From the NCBI GenBank assembly GCA_036172245.1, contig JAYWIR010000085.1, forward strand, positions 1 through 64,000: DNA of 64,000 nt, in the 5' to 3' direction. The notes under the pieces are model-generated. The model saw nothing but the letters and a program-made list of their open reading frames with translations. It was not told the origin of the DNA and did no database searches. The stretch comes from Raillietiella orientalis. Its lineage: Eukaryota. Shown here in pieces: positions 1 through 12,700 of the stretch; position 1 is the first letter of the stretch, and the number at the start of each line of letters is the position of its first letter. The position numbers were made by a program, and so were the translations under genes.

Positions 1-501
1 TGGACTGCGGTGCCCTCCTAGGACTGTGGCGGAGGCTGGCCTCAGCTCTCCTGCACCAGGACACCGCGAGAGACTTGATGCGCCGCTTCTTCACGCCAGA
101 CGGCCTGTCTTTAGGTGCTGTCGTTGCAACCGTGTGTTGCACCGGCGCCATCGACAAGGCCCACCGAGAGTTGGAGAAGCTGGCCATCCTTCGTCAGCCC
201 ACCGGATTAGCCAGCGCAAGCATGTCGTTGGCTGCCGAGTGGGCCCATCTGCCAGAGGACGCTAAGAGAGAGATCGCCGGCATCCATCGCCGGTTTTGAA
301 AGGAAGGAACGGACTCACCAAAGACCCCAGTCCCGTGCCCTCCATATTTTTATTTTTATTTTTTTATAGGAGTGTATTTGTGGTCCCCTCCCTCCCGTTC
401 CGGACTTTCGGCATACCGACCTGCGTGTCGGGGATCCCACCCCCTTCGTCTCTTGTTTTTCCTTTGTCCAGGAGCTCTGTTCCCGGATAGTTTTTAATAA
501 A
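1..501 (+). mobile_element. 3' end of an L1/Tx1-type non-LTR retrotransposon (ORF2 C-terminus 1-299 plus 3' UTR)
   Basis: Open frame ...DCGALLGLWRRLASALLHQDTARD...IHRRF* ends at 299; DC..L..LW resembles the end of the ORF2 zinc finger. A T-rich tract, a C-rich tract and a small stem-loop follow, ending in AATAAA at 496-501. A homologous relic at ~9500-9700 retains upstream zinc-finger residues. Confidence 0.7.
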
Positions 502-744
502 CGCCCCGGCGCACCCGGGTGATAAACAGCCGACCCCCCGTTCCAATCCCCTCCCTCCCGTTGCGGTCCCCTCCCTCCCGTTCCGGACCCCTACCTCCCG
601 TTTCGGACTTTCCGTATACCGAACTGCGTGTCGGGGATCCCACCCCCTTCGTCTCTTCTGTGTCCTTTGTCCGGGAACTCTGTTTCTGGATAGTTTTGAA
701 ATAAACGCCCCGGCGCAGCCGGGTGACAAACAGCCGACCCCCCG
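502..744. repeat. 39-nt direct repeat (502-540 and 706-744), candidate target-site duplication
   Basis: cgccccggcgca(c/g)ccgggtga(t/c)aaacagccgaccccccg, 2 mismatches; it is the antisense of APE codons GGRLF(V/I)TR(L/V)RRG. Confidence 0.9.
541..705 (+). mobile_element. 5'-truncated second copy of the same 3' UTR
   Basis: Aligns with 383-501 with about 11-12 differences over ~100 nt, has three copies of a 20-nt unit (cccctccctcccgtt.cgg.), ends in AATAAA at 700-705, and is flanked by 39-nt direct repeats. Confidence 0.75.
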
Positions 745-925
745 CGATCGTTTCGATCTCCTGGACGTCTGTCGCGGTGATCACGTGGATCTCCTGCAAC
801 AGGGCCAGGTCGACCTCACGCAGGTTGGCGGCTGTATCTCGTCTGTTGCCGTCGTCGCACAGCCCGTTGACATTTCAACAGGCCACGCGGATCCGACGGC
901 GATAGATAGTAACACCTGGGCTCAC
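704..925 (-). pseudogene. ORF2 N-terminus: APE (apurinic-like) endonuclease, truncated by insertion
   Basis: IRVAC*NVNGL...VDLALLQEIH...RRGV matches APE motifs (WNVNGL, D..LQETH, RGV). The Trp position is TGA at 877-875. Confidence 0.85.
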
Positions 926-950
926 GATCCGGTGAGCCCAGGTGTTACTA
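907..950 (-). promoter_or_regulatory. Perfect 19-bp stem, 6-nt loop hairpin at the ORF1/ORF2 junction
   Basis: tagtaacacctgggctcac-gatccg-gtgagcccaggtgttacta; on the minus strand the 5' arm begins with the ORF1 stop codons TAG TAA. Confidence 0.9.
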
Positions 951-2659
951 ATGGGAAATCGGCGCTGCGGCGTCCGCCACCTGTTGGGGCGCGATGCTAG
1001 GAGGAGGGGGAGGTGCGTCCAGCACCTGGTCCCCCTCGCCCATGGGTGCCGGCGCGTCAGGCGGATCGCCCGAAGGTGGGGTCGCGCCTACCTGTTCAGG
1101 ATCGGCGACTGCGAGGGGGACTTCGCCCCCCGGCTGACCCTCATCCATCGGGGTGGCCTGCTTGGCGGCTTCCGAGCGTGGGAGATCTCCCTCCGGGATT
1201 CCCACGCTAGCGACGGCTTCCGTCTTCTCGCTGGTGGAGTGGAGGCGTCTCCTCGGCTTCTGGGATTTACGTCCCGTCTTCCGGGGGGTGCCTCCGAGGA
1301 GGAGGATGTGCTTCCGGCCCCCAGGTCGCACTCACCTGCGGGTGCCTTCTTCCCCGGAGCCGGCCTTCGCACGGCCTTGAGCGAGGAATTCTCACGCTCG
1401 GCCAACGTGGCTGCGAGCTCCTCCGCCACCTTCGCGAACGCGGCGTCCTTGGCTTCTGCGGTCGCGTCGCGCGGTTCACCCTATGTACAAACAGAGGGTT
1501 CGCCTTCGCGAACGTCACGCGCGGCGGAAGCGGCGAGGGGATGCTCTTCGCCCAGGATGGCAGCCTCCGGAACGTCGACGAGCTCTAGTGCCACCAAGCA
1601 CTGACGGAGTTTTTCGGGATGCGGCTTTTCCTTTTTATTCGAGCTGGTCGCGACTGTCTCCGTCTTTAACGGTGCCGTTTTTTGAGGCTTCTCATTTCTG
1701 GTTTTAACCACCTGCCAACCCTCCTTGACTCTCGCGTCTTCGTGAGTTTTTTCCTCCGACGCATGTGCGGGTGGAAGGAGGGCTGGAGGCTGGGGCTGGC
1801 CATTTTCGCCTTTTGGTCTTTCGACCTTTTGCGACTTTTTCGCCTGCGACTTTTTGGCGGCAGGTGGCACCGGGGTGGGGCGTTTAGGGCATACGCGTCG
1901 CACGTGTCCCTTAACCCCGCTTAACCCCCCCAGGCACTCCATATTCGGGCGCCTTTTTCGCAGGTGCCTACTGCATTGCAGTGGCTACAGTAGCGGGGTT
2001 TCCCCACGTTCCAGAGGTCGACCGATTCTCTCGCGACCTGTAGCTTGTGGGGCAGCCCACCACCCTCGTTCACGGTGACGCGCTGCGGCCTGGCTCCCGA
2101 AAAGGTTATTATAGCCCTGAAAAATCGTGGGCTTCGGCCACAACGCGTGCACCTCCCCGTATTTCCGCAGTTCATCACTAACCGCTGACCGCGTCATGAG
2201 GTTAGTGATCCCGGTAAGGTGGACCTCCACGGAGCGGTCCATGGATACCGGGTAGATCTTGCGGGCATCTACGTTCTGCGGGTTATTAATCAAGCACTGT
2301 GCCAAGGCGATGTCCTTACACACCACCTCGACGCGCTGACCCTCACGGAGGACGGAGAGGCCGTCAAGATCTTCTTCTTTTACATTCATGCTTTGTAATG
2401 CCTTTGTAGAGGCACGCGTAGTGCGCCCATCAAAAAGTGGACCCACCTTGTACACAAGCGAAGGCTTGTAACCGGCATCCCTGTAGGCGGCTTCTTCGGC
2501 CATGGTTTCCGCGCTAGGCGCGGTCACCATGGCGCTCCATGTCCTCGCCGTAGGCGGGGATGATCCTGGGGCGGGTGCCCCAGACACTGCAGGCTGTGGG
2601 GGCGAACTAGCCTCCCCCACACCTACATCCATCGCGGTGTCCTCAGGCATCGTAGCCAT
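948..2659 (-). pseudogene. ORF1 (gag-like nucleic-acid-binding protein), frameshifted
   Basis: ATG at 2659; RRM-like segment VEVHLTGITNLMTRSAVSDELRKYGEV; two damaged CX2CX4HX4C knuckles (CSHCNAVG-HLRKR and C..GVKGHVRRVC); long Pro/Lys/Ala low-complexity tail ending PISH TAG TAA at 950-945; several frameshifts. Confidence 0.8.
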
Positions 2660-2914
2660 CGGACACCGAGGACGTGAACCACACACCACACAGAAAACGC
2701 TTTTAAAGTCTTATTGACGGAGCGCACTAAAAGCACTACCACCCCGACATCCGCAGGCTGGCGGAATACACAGCGGGAGCCGAGAGGCAAGCCTGGCAGT
2801 CCGGTTCGGCGAGCCTGCTGGGCACGCTTTCTCCGAAACCGCCTGGTATCGGGGGCATGAAGAATCGGCAGTATAACTTTCGGACAGAGCTGCTGAGCTT
2901 AATTTTCTGTACAG

Positions 2915-5900
2915 ATGGCTATAGATCCATTACTTGCTTAGAGATATTTCACATTCCAAAATAAGGAGCAGTGACGATGGAAGGTTACATCTTAATCTGT
3001 TAGTCTTTTCCAATGCCGCATGGCAAACTATGAGAAAGTTGACAAGGTAATTTTGAAGTTAGCTGAATGTCTAATAGGTTGGATAGCATACTACGAAGTA
3101 GTCTATGACTACGAATGACAAAAATATATTCTTAGTTATAATACGGATTCTCTGGATAATGAAAGAAATGGCCACAAGAATAAAGCAGGATGTGCAAGAA
3201 CACAGAAAATGCAATTTAGATTACAAAAGAATGCATAAGAAGATGGATATTTGAAGAAAGAACATTAAAAAATAACAATGATTGCATACATGCCATCTGT
3301 GCCAATCCCCCTGCGTTCTCTAAACAATAGATAACAGCACTTGGAAAAAGAATTCCACAACGAGGCAAAAGTGAGGGCAGGAATGAAAACTGAAGCCTCA
3401 AATTGCTGAAATTTTCTTACGAAGCTTCACATCCAAAATTTTCTGCTTACTGAAGCTTTAAAGGCATGTGCTATACATTCTTTCAATAATTACCAATAGT
3501 TCATTGTAACAAATAATTTGGTTAACCAGTCTTATATTATAGCATTCTGTAAGGTATCATTCGCATGGCTGTTCGCAATGCGAAGATAGCTAATCAAATA
3601 GGCCATCTTCGAATTCGTTTAATTCGAACTAATGATCTGAACTTAATTAACTGAACAAATGGACAGCATCAAAATCCTTTTGCGGATAGAATTACACAGT
3701 TGCCACTAAGCTTAGATGGTCTGATACACCTACGAGATATATGAATCCTGCAATGTTTTCTTGGCAAGCGTGATGTTTAAGGAAAGGCTCTTTGAACGGT
3801 ACTTGAGACATTTGAAATTCCTTGATTCACTGGATTTCGTCTAGTTTTGGTTTGCATAAAGTTTTTGATCTAGTTTTTGATTGCATAAAAATCCCTTTAT
3901 GACAGCTTTTTGGGAATTTGATGCAACGTAAACACATATTTGAGATCCTTGCCCTTCTGTGAGCAGATGCATGAAGTAATGCATTTTACAAGAATTTAGG
4001 CAAAAGTCTTTATAAAAAAAAAAAAAAAGCAAACCAGAGCGTTGAAACAAACTGAACTCCCGGTTACGGATGCCAAGTACTTTAACAATATGACCTGGAG
4101 ATCACAGATGGATGAAGGATCATAACCACAACATGCACAATAGAACTACAGAACTAAAAGCATTAGAGCCTTTCATAATGAAAGTGGTAGCGCTTACTGA
4201 TTGAAATTTAGAAACAGGCAAGCAATCTACAAAGATACTTCCATGGATATACTGCACACAAATTACTTATCTACTGAAGTATGCATGGTCCCTGGCATAC
4301 ATGACTGGAATTTAAAAGCAGCAAAAAAACGTCAATTGAGAGAATATTTCCTTTGTGTTCTCATCTGGAACATTAAAATTAGGATTTGAATTTTCTTCCA
4401 GAAAACGAGGCCAAGATACAGGAACATTATCTTTAATTTACTAATTTTCAAACATGTAACTAATGCAATGCTAAAAACCTCCCTCAAACCATCAACTTAG
4501 TTTCCTAATAAAAAAGTGGTTGTGAATTTTAATAAACGAAAACACCAATGCAATTTATCTAGTAAATGCCTCCTCCAAACAGAGGCAGAAAACAATGAAT
4601 AGCCAAAATTACCATGTTAACAATTATTTAAGACTGGTGAAGCAGAAACACCACCAACAAAAAAAAACAATCTAAAAGTATGAGTTAAGAAAATGTGCTA
4701 AATAAATCGATGCATAAAATTTAATAACTGTAACACAGATGTATGTTCTGAAGAACAGAAATTTGACCCATGGCAAATACCAGGTAAACAGTTCTAGATA
4801 CAAAATGTTTGTTGTTTTTAGATGATCTAACAAGCAGATTAGAGAATGCTGACATGAAACATGAGATTGGAAACTATGAAATCCGAGGTGAAACCCAAAC
4901 TGATCATTCATATGCATCTGATACTGAATCTATTTTGAAAAATACATGCTGCCAACATCAAGTCAGAAAAATTGTTAAAGCATTAATTTTCACATCAAAG
5001 TTTTCTCAATGCAACCTAATGTGCAGCATGCAAACAATAACTGTATTTTTAATCAAGACCTGGGAATCACTTAAGCATTCTCAATTAGAAATGGACCATA
5101 TTTACATGAAGCAGGTGTATGCTAAAATTCCAAATTTGTTTTATCAACATAATTTGTTCTGAAGATGAGGATGGCACCTCCAAAAGCAATAATGGTTTCC
5201 CAAATAGAACTTATAATGTGCAAAGCTTTTCAAAAAGTTTGAAACATGGTTTGTGTTATCGAATTTATGATGACTTGAAAAAACGGAATTATAAAGTCAA
5301 AGACAACTTGAAGATGAACTGCCTTACCTTTATCTCTGCTGTTTTCAGCAGTTTCTTTGTTCTTTGACAAAACCTTTAAGAAGTTTCAAAGCATATTTCA
5401 GACCGTAATATATTGAGAAATAATGAGCATCTCTGAACATTATATTCTTCATCCATTATACTTTGAGTCCCCCATTTACAGCAGATATACGAAAGCAACT
5501 GTACTTTGAATAAACTCGTGTCCAAAATGTATCAAACACCACTTTCAGTCAATAGATTTTCTGGATGCCATTCAGGTTCAGAATAAGTTTTTTCAATTTC
5601 CACGATGTTTATCCGTTTCTGCTTTTCAGCTGCATCTTACAACCATCTCTGGAGTGGCGTATGGCTCAAAGAAATGGCGGTCTTGAAGAGCTTTTTGAAA
5701 GTTTTTCAAATAATTAGCAGCATAACTGTACCCCAATAAGAATTCCACAATCGCTGATAAGAAAACGAACTGGGAAAACACATTAAAATTTCTTGCTCAT
5801 GTTTATGATGATAATCCATTTCCTGACTGCTTTCAATGGAAATCCTCCTCAACAGATTATAAATTTTGACGAAATGAGAACCTAATTGGTTACCACATTA

Positions 5901-6300
5901 GTAAATCTAAGTTCCTAATACAATGCCATCTCCTGGTTTCGAGCACTAGAAAAAAACATTGGGATATGGAATAGTTGCTTTCCAGTTTCGAAGACACCGA
6001 TTGACAGGTGACGCAGGGCACAAAAGGTATGCAATCCAAACACCAACAGCTAGAGCAAAACATGCATTCTCAGAGCACAAATTAAAAAAAATATCAATCC
6101 AATAATCTTAGCGCATTAGAAGTTCCACATGGGAAGCTGCTTGCATCCCTATTGAACCACAGGATCACGGCTGAACAAACGAAGACTGGAAAACTATTAT
6201 CACCAACTTTCGTTGGTTCTAAAACCACTACTTATTTCGACGAGGAAGATGACGTTCCCTCACTAGCATGAGGGGTGCATTCATGAACTCCAGATTGATA
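2915..6300 (+). pseudogene. Decayed or poorly resolved multi-exon gene, product unidentified
   Basis: Exon-like blocks with AG/GT borders (e.g. ~2915-3046). A 38-nt GT-AG intron at 4784-4821 joins frames correctly (FDPWQIP-D-DLTSRLE...DHSYASD). In-frame stops are scattered throughout. Confidence 0.3.
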
Positions 6301-9300
6301 ACGGTACTAGCAGTGGTGATTATTTATCAAAGATCTAACATAAAACTTGTTTGTCCAGATGAAAACATTAGCACCTATATAGCTCGACACGTTAGCATGG
6401 GAACTTGAGAACCCAAAATTTTCAAGGAAATGAGTACAGTCACTATTTATGGGGCGGGTGCAATACGTGAGAAAATATTCAATAACTATTGACTTTAAGC
6501 AGGAAAGAAAAAGTTACGAAATTCTGTTGTTCCTGTCGTAAGTAGGAAAGTGATACTATACTGATAATACTATACTTCTACATAGACGAACTTGTGCTGA
6601 TAAAACGGGAAAAAACTTATTACACTTTCGCCATTAGCTAATCCGAGAATATTTCTTCATTTACATATTCAGCCTTGTTTTACAAAAAATGTTATTAGGT
6701 CACTGGGTACGGATGCCAAACGTTCCAAACAACTAGGAAAAGTTCTTTGCTTTTTTGAGCGGCACAAAGCAGTTCTTTACAAAGAAGCTGAATTGAATGG
6801 AAAACGATAGGTTGAAACAGTTCTTTGGTAATCCTGTGAGACCACTGTAAATGCTTTTCAGCGTTGACAGTGTCCGAAATGGCAAATGCAAATCATTGAA
6901 AAACCTTGCAGAATATTGCAAATGGTTCCGATCGCATGGCCCATGTTTTGTGCTCTTACTTCCAGCTTTCTAGGTTCCAATTTTGCACTTTTGCCTGAGA
7001 ATCTAACAGAAATACGTTTTGGACTTTTCAATAAGAATTTAGAAAATTAAGTTTACTGGAACGACTGTTGCCAGATTAATGCTGATTTCTGCAGGGACAG
7101 CAAAGAGCAGAGTGCAGATGCCACCTTCCTAAAAGATGCTGTTGCCATAGTTAAAACCTTTATTGGTATAATGTACTGATTTCTTTTCATATTATGGTCT
7201 ACTATCATACTAAATAGATGTATGTAATGGGAACATTTAAGTATAGTACTTTTGCAGAACAGATCCACTTTACTGATTTTCGGTACAACTGTATACACAC
7301 AACATATCTGCATGCACGGTCATGCCTCACACGATGTGTTCCAGACTGAATAAATAATGACAGTAGTTTTCGTGAAGTGAAGCGAAGTTTCAAGAAATTA
7401 CAGAGAAATATCTTTACAAACCAAAACGCTTTTATGACAAACAGTTTGTGACGATCGTGCATAGTCATCTTGCAACAGTATTCATCGAGTATTTTGGAAA
7501 AACCATAATTGGTTGAGTAAAACACTTCATGTCATGTTCTTTCTGTACTGAATTCTGGATCATCTATATGTCGCCGTATAGAACCACACCGATTTGTGCG
7601 TCCTGTGCAAGTGACGTATGGATTATCCGGTAAAGAGTTTCTGATTCTGGAAGACCAACTTCCTGTGCAAAAGTCCGTGAACACTACGAAGTTAATGATT
7701 GTATTGAAAAGATCATCAGCTACGAATGATATTTTCACTAGGGATTCATAATGAACTGGTGCGTTTAATTTTTTGGATCGTTTGTTGGTTTTTTTATTTT
7801 TCCAGGATGTATCAATTAGAGTTGATTTTTTTTTGTTTTTCTTCAACTTTCAGTTAAATTTTCCTTTCACTGACTGAAAAACCTTTTTCTCTCATGTAGT
7901 ATCATGGGAAGAAATCCAAGTTGAAGTTTTAAATTAAGAAAAATGTCAGCTAAGAAACAGCATCTGTCTAGAGAGAAGCTGTCAGATCGTTAAATGGATC
8001 ATTCTAGAAAAAGAGTATTATGTCAGAAGACAAGAAATGCAACTGCTACAGAAGTTGTAGCATTACTATCTTTTTTGTTTTTCGACAATTGTTGTTTGTC
8101 TGGGAATGGATCTTTTCTTCCTGCCTTTAATTCATCTTCTCTCTCTGTTTTTCTTTTTGACTTTTGCCGCTTGACAGATTTTCCTTACAGTTGCAACCAG
8201 ACTTCATGATTCTGATACTCTCGATTGGTGCCTGCCATCCTTCGGAAGTAACACCTTTTGGTTTGGAAAATACGAAAGCCAGACATCTTTGCAGTTGGTA
8301 CTCTGCGCTTGTAGCACATGTGTTTCAGGCAAGAGGCTGCTCTACGACCAAACATTATGCACATTTTGTTGACACACGGTAGCCACAAAGCATTATTTGA
8401 AAACCATGTTTGCGATTAAATAGTCGTACTTTTAAAACAAAAGTAGTCACGTATTCGTAGTCTGATCATAACTCTTACTACATCGTTCTGAGTCCAAGTG
8501 ACATCACGTATTGCAAACAGTCTATTCATTGAAATCCTTTTAGGTCAAAGTAGATGAAAAGAAAAAAAGCATAGAAACTAACAAAAAAAAAAGGCTTTTC
8601 CAAGTCGGACACACTGGATTTCCTGGCGTCTTTAGCACCCTCTCAGAGAAGTTAGGAAGCTCCTTCTTGAGCGTCATCCACCTTGTCGTGATCTCTAAAA
8701 AGAAAATGAAGATTGGAATGTCGTCCTTGATGTCCTGCTCTTTTTTCCAACATCAATTCGGGTCGCCAATGTTCTACAGAAGCAACAGAAAGCTGCGATC
8801 GCCACGGTAAGCGACATTACACTTTTTTCGGGGAGAGGACTCAAAATGCTCTTGATATTGCCCATTTGGATTTGCAAGAACGTGGGGAAGCGTTTCCGCA
8901 CGCTCAGGATGACAACGCACTCCACTAACAGGTAAGAGAAAGACTTCACCGCAGCTGCCACAGTTCCTAATGCAATATTCCTTGTCCAGTAATGCTGGCA
9001 TCCAGGTTGTCAGAGAGTTTCGACTGCAAGGAAATTTATCGTAAAGAAGACGTGTGTTTTGCCTCGGTGAGATGATTTCGTTATCAATCTTCTCATCAGA
9101 TTCTAGAACCAAGTCCATAGACAAGAAACACTTTTGATGTTCTCCCGCATATATTTTTCCGAGAAATGGTGAAACAGCAAGAATTCTTTTCCATTTGATT
9201 CTTGGAACGCATGTCGAACATCCAGAGAGTCCAGAGTGAGAAAAAGCAAGAAATCAATTAACAGAAGATAGAAAGCAAAACGGAACAGCTTAAACCAAAG

Positions 9301-9479
9301 GATAAAGATTCTTGTTGTGGACTATGCTTCTCTATAGTTCCAGAAAAATGCAGACAATTCCCCAGGAAACTTCCTGAGACAACCAGATCCACTTTGCAAT
9401 CATCCTCACAAATGCAGCAGCTTTCTGCTCTGAAAGCGTAGGCCCAGGGCGACGCGGATCGCCAAGATGACACGGACTT

Positions 9480-9720
9480 AACCCGAGGTTACGATCACCC
9501 CTCGCTTGAAAGCCTATCGCGTGAGAGCATCTTCGCGATTCTCTCGCGGTGTTCTCCGGATGAAGTAGCACTGAAGCCAGCCCTCTCGACAGTCCCTGGA
9601 TGACACCGCAGTCTTGCACAGGTACGCGAATATTTGATCGCCCCACGCCTCGAACAGTCGGAATTCAAATCCTCCGGAAACGAGGTGTATGCTCTCAATG
9701 CACTGAGAAATACAATTCAG
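9480..9720 (-). mobile_element. Relic of L1/Tx1 ORF2 C-terminus related to the element at 1-299
   Basis: QDCGVIQGLSRGLASVLLHPENTARE aligns with DCGALLGLWRRLASALLHQDTARD, with visible nucleotide identity (gactgcggtg...ggactgt...acaccgcgagag). Confidence 0.75.
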
Positions 9721-12700
9721 AAAGCTCACCACCTGGGGTTTCCATTTGAGGGTGAGCACTGAAGAATTTATACGAAGGGGAGCATCCTGATCGTCTAATC
9801 TAACGCTTGTTGTGTCCAATATGGTCTCCATCATGTCTTACGCAGAACGGGTTTGATATCACTGGTGCATTCTGAGAAGCCTGCCCATCTCTTGCCCCTT
9901 ATCTGCGGATTCGCTGTTGTAATGATTATCTGAAGCAGGGTCCATGCTTTAGGCGATTAATGAATTTGTTAGAATGAGGAAAGGAATGTAATGTGAGGGA
10001 ACTTTTGAATTACGATTTCTTTCATCATTTTCCTGATGGACATTGAAGTCTCGCTGGTGCCAATCGGATGAGGTCAACATTGCCACCACTTACTATCATC
10101 AGAAAACCTTTTATGATGATATTCCTATGCAAGGATATGACAAGAGTATGAAAACCCTACTACTGTTTCTGTCTGGCGCAATCCATGTACATATATTGGA
10201 ATAATATGCATGTAGTCAGACCACCTTATTCTCAGTCCAGGAACTCTTTTATTCCAACCATCGAACCTTCTTATGATCACAAGGGACAGTTCCAAGGATT
10301 TTACCAGGATTGTCACGATTTTTTTCTGCCCACTGTCTAGATCAAATGGTACTTGGACATTGATTCATTGGTCCAGCTCCTTCATGATGGTCACTCATTT
10401 CATCCATGTCCTAGAGGCAGAAGATATCCTATCGGAAGAGAGGGACAAAATTCTTTATTTCTACACTATAATGTTTCCTTGTTTTGCACCCTTTAATGTT
10501 TTAACTGGCTAACCGAATGCTACTCATAGAAGACAAATAGTGTCCCCATTAATGTTTGTTGACTTTACTGAGTCAAGTTTTCCGTCTGCTTCTTAATACG
10601 ACAGTCTGTCCTCGTTCTGGATCTATTCCTCTTTAGGGAATTCTCCTTCATCAGAGGCTACGTTCTTGACCTTTTTGGCATATGTGAAAAGTTCCACATG
10701 CCAAAAAATTCTCCGTTTATGAGCTCATTTCACATTATGCTCTTACTATCCTTGGTTTATCCGGTATATACCCATATGAAATCGTAAACCTGCTGGTCAT
10801 TAGTGGCTCCAAGGCTAGCAGACAGCAGGCTCTCCTGGTCACTAGATCCAGAATCGAGTCAACTTGGATCGAGGGTATGCCGAGAAGAAATGCCATTCTC
10901 CTTTCTTTCTCTCAAAGTGTGCCAGTTTCCTAGAACACCGGAAGGTGTGTTCATTCTTTTATCCATTGGGCATTTGTCTTCAGATGCACGCATGCATTAC
11001 CCCGGACGGCTCGCCTTTCCTAGAAAGGTTTTTGGATGTCTTCTAAGCGATGTGCTACTATCACGATCTGTTCTTTTAATGTTTCAGCTATGAGACACTC
11101 AGCCATTTCTTTCTTGCCTGGGGTAACTTTATTGCTGCATTGTGATCTGCTGGAGTGATTATATTACAAGATATTCCTTCGTCTTCTCGCGTGTGCTCGA
11201 TTTGTTCCCTTTTGCTGACTCATTGTCGAGTCTTTGCTCTTCTCCCTTGCAGTTTAGTTGCTTGTATCTCTTACATTCATTGCTATGGTTGAAATTTAGT
11301 GCTTGACTTTAATGCTTCATGTGGTTCTTTGGGAAAATAAAGTTTGGACCGCGGGTATGAGACTACCAAGTATCCGAGTTGTCCTCACTGTAAGGAGAAG
11401 ACTTGCGGATATGCACCCATCCTATGTCTAACTTTATACGTCCACAGAGGAATGCTGGCTGATGTGCTCAACACACCTGCACCCCCAACCAGTTGTCTAC
11501 CTGAATTAGATTGGAGGTCCGAGCTCCTGGATGCAGATGCATTTGTGTAGCTTCTTGCCTAGAAAGTACGCCTCTTGCTACTTATGTAAGTCGCATATGT
11601 TTTACTTCTCTCATCTGGATGAAGTAATCCCAGATTGCTCCGTGGAATGTGTATGGACTCAGGTCTTGTAGTGAACAGTGGCCGGAGCGTTTTTCTGACA
11701 CTCCCTTGATGTTTCTTTGCTGTGAGTCCATGTCTTGTTCAACTGGGGTATCTACCCTTTCTGAATTGACACTGTACACGGAGATACCCATTAATGAAAA
11801 AACCAACCAAATTTCTTCCGCTTGAAAATCTACCTTTGTTTCACATAGAGCCTAATGTATTTTTTGATTGGCTTGATTCTGCAATGCTACTATGAGGGAA
11901 GCACTGATCTTCGCACTTGAATCGATATTTCTCTACAACTATTCTGTGTCCTCAGCGTTTTCTGCTAGGTTTTTGCTGGGAGATAACCAGGTGCTGCGCT
12001 CAGTCGCCACAAACGACGCATCAGAAGGGCGTTCCTGTTGTGCGACACCTCCGTGTTTCCCGTTTTGCAGTACTGCATGGTCATCGGTTCTGTGCTTCCG
12101 ATGTATGCCATCTCCTGTCTCCACACCAGTTCTTTATTATTGGATCTAGGAGTGAACGAACACAGTAGTTTGTTTTTTTAAATGTAAACGATTATTGTTT
12201 CACTGTCCAAGTTGGGCAGATGTAGAGCAAGAAAAGATTGAAAAATAAGAAAGCAAAACTCAAGTAGTTTTTTGTCGGCCGATCACTACTCCTACGGAGG
12301 CAACGATTAGGAGTGGGAGGAAGATGCTCCATTCCAACGATCGATGAGCTCAGCGTTCTTAAGATTGGATGCTCGCATCATTTAAAAGACCTTCACCGGA
12401 CTGCACTCACTGGACTGAATTCCATTAACAACGAAAAGTCTCCGAGTGTTTCCGAAGTTTTCACAATAGCACGCGAAGTATATCTATTCCCTAAACACTA
12501 TTGAGAAGGAAATAATTGCCCTATGCACCACTTCACTGTACTTTACTGTTTACTGTTACTCTGCTTGCAATCTTGAAGCATTTGTGTAATTCCAGCAGGA
12601 GTAATTGTCCCAAAACTCGATAGGCTCATTACGTTTTGTCAACTTGTATCCTGGTCTGAAATCCACTTCATCTGAAATGCATTGAAACCTGGAGTTATGC

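Larger units (their letters stand above)
706..2750 (-). mobile_element. 5' part of an L1/Tx1-clade non-LTR retrotransposon (5' UTR, ORF1, start of ORF2)
   Basis: ORF1-like and APE-like coding segments in the canonical order; short putative 5' UTR (ggtagtgcttttagtgcgctcc). The 5' boundary is approximate. Confidence 0.85.

Noticed and set aside
541..608. CRISPR-like array
   Set aside because: Direct tandem units without unique spacers, in a eukaryotic context with no cas genes.
300..2750. ORF1-only (HAL1-like) element, or a single element with convergent ORF1 and ORF2
   Set aside because: An APE N-terminus follows ORF1 on the same strand, and the A-rich tract at 345-367 is the complement of the plus element's T-rich UTR; nested insertion explains the layout better.
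8774..9124. R2-like zinc finger (CGSC...ETLPHVL)
   Set aside because: Spacing is irregular, the last Cys is missing, and no neighbouring RT or nuclease motifs were seen.
10860..11400. Two LDRGY-starting ORFs as a duplicated unit
   Set aside because: Similarity is limited to about 16 nt and is compatible with chance.
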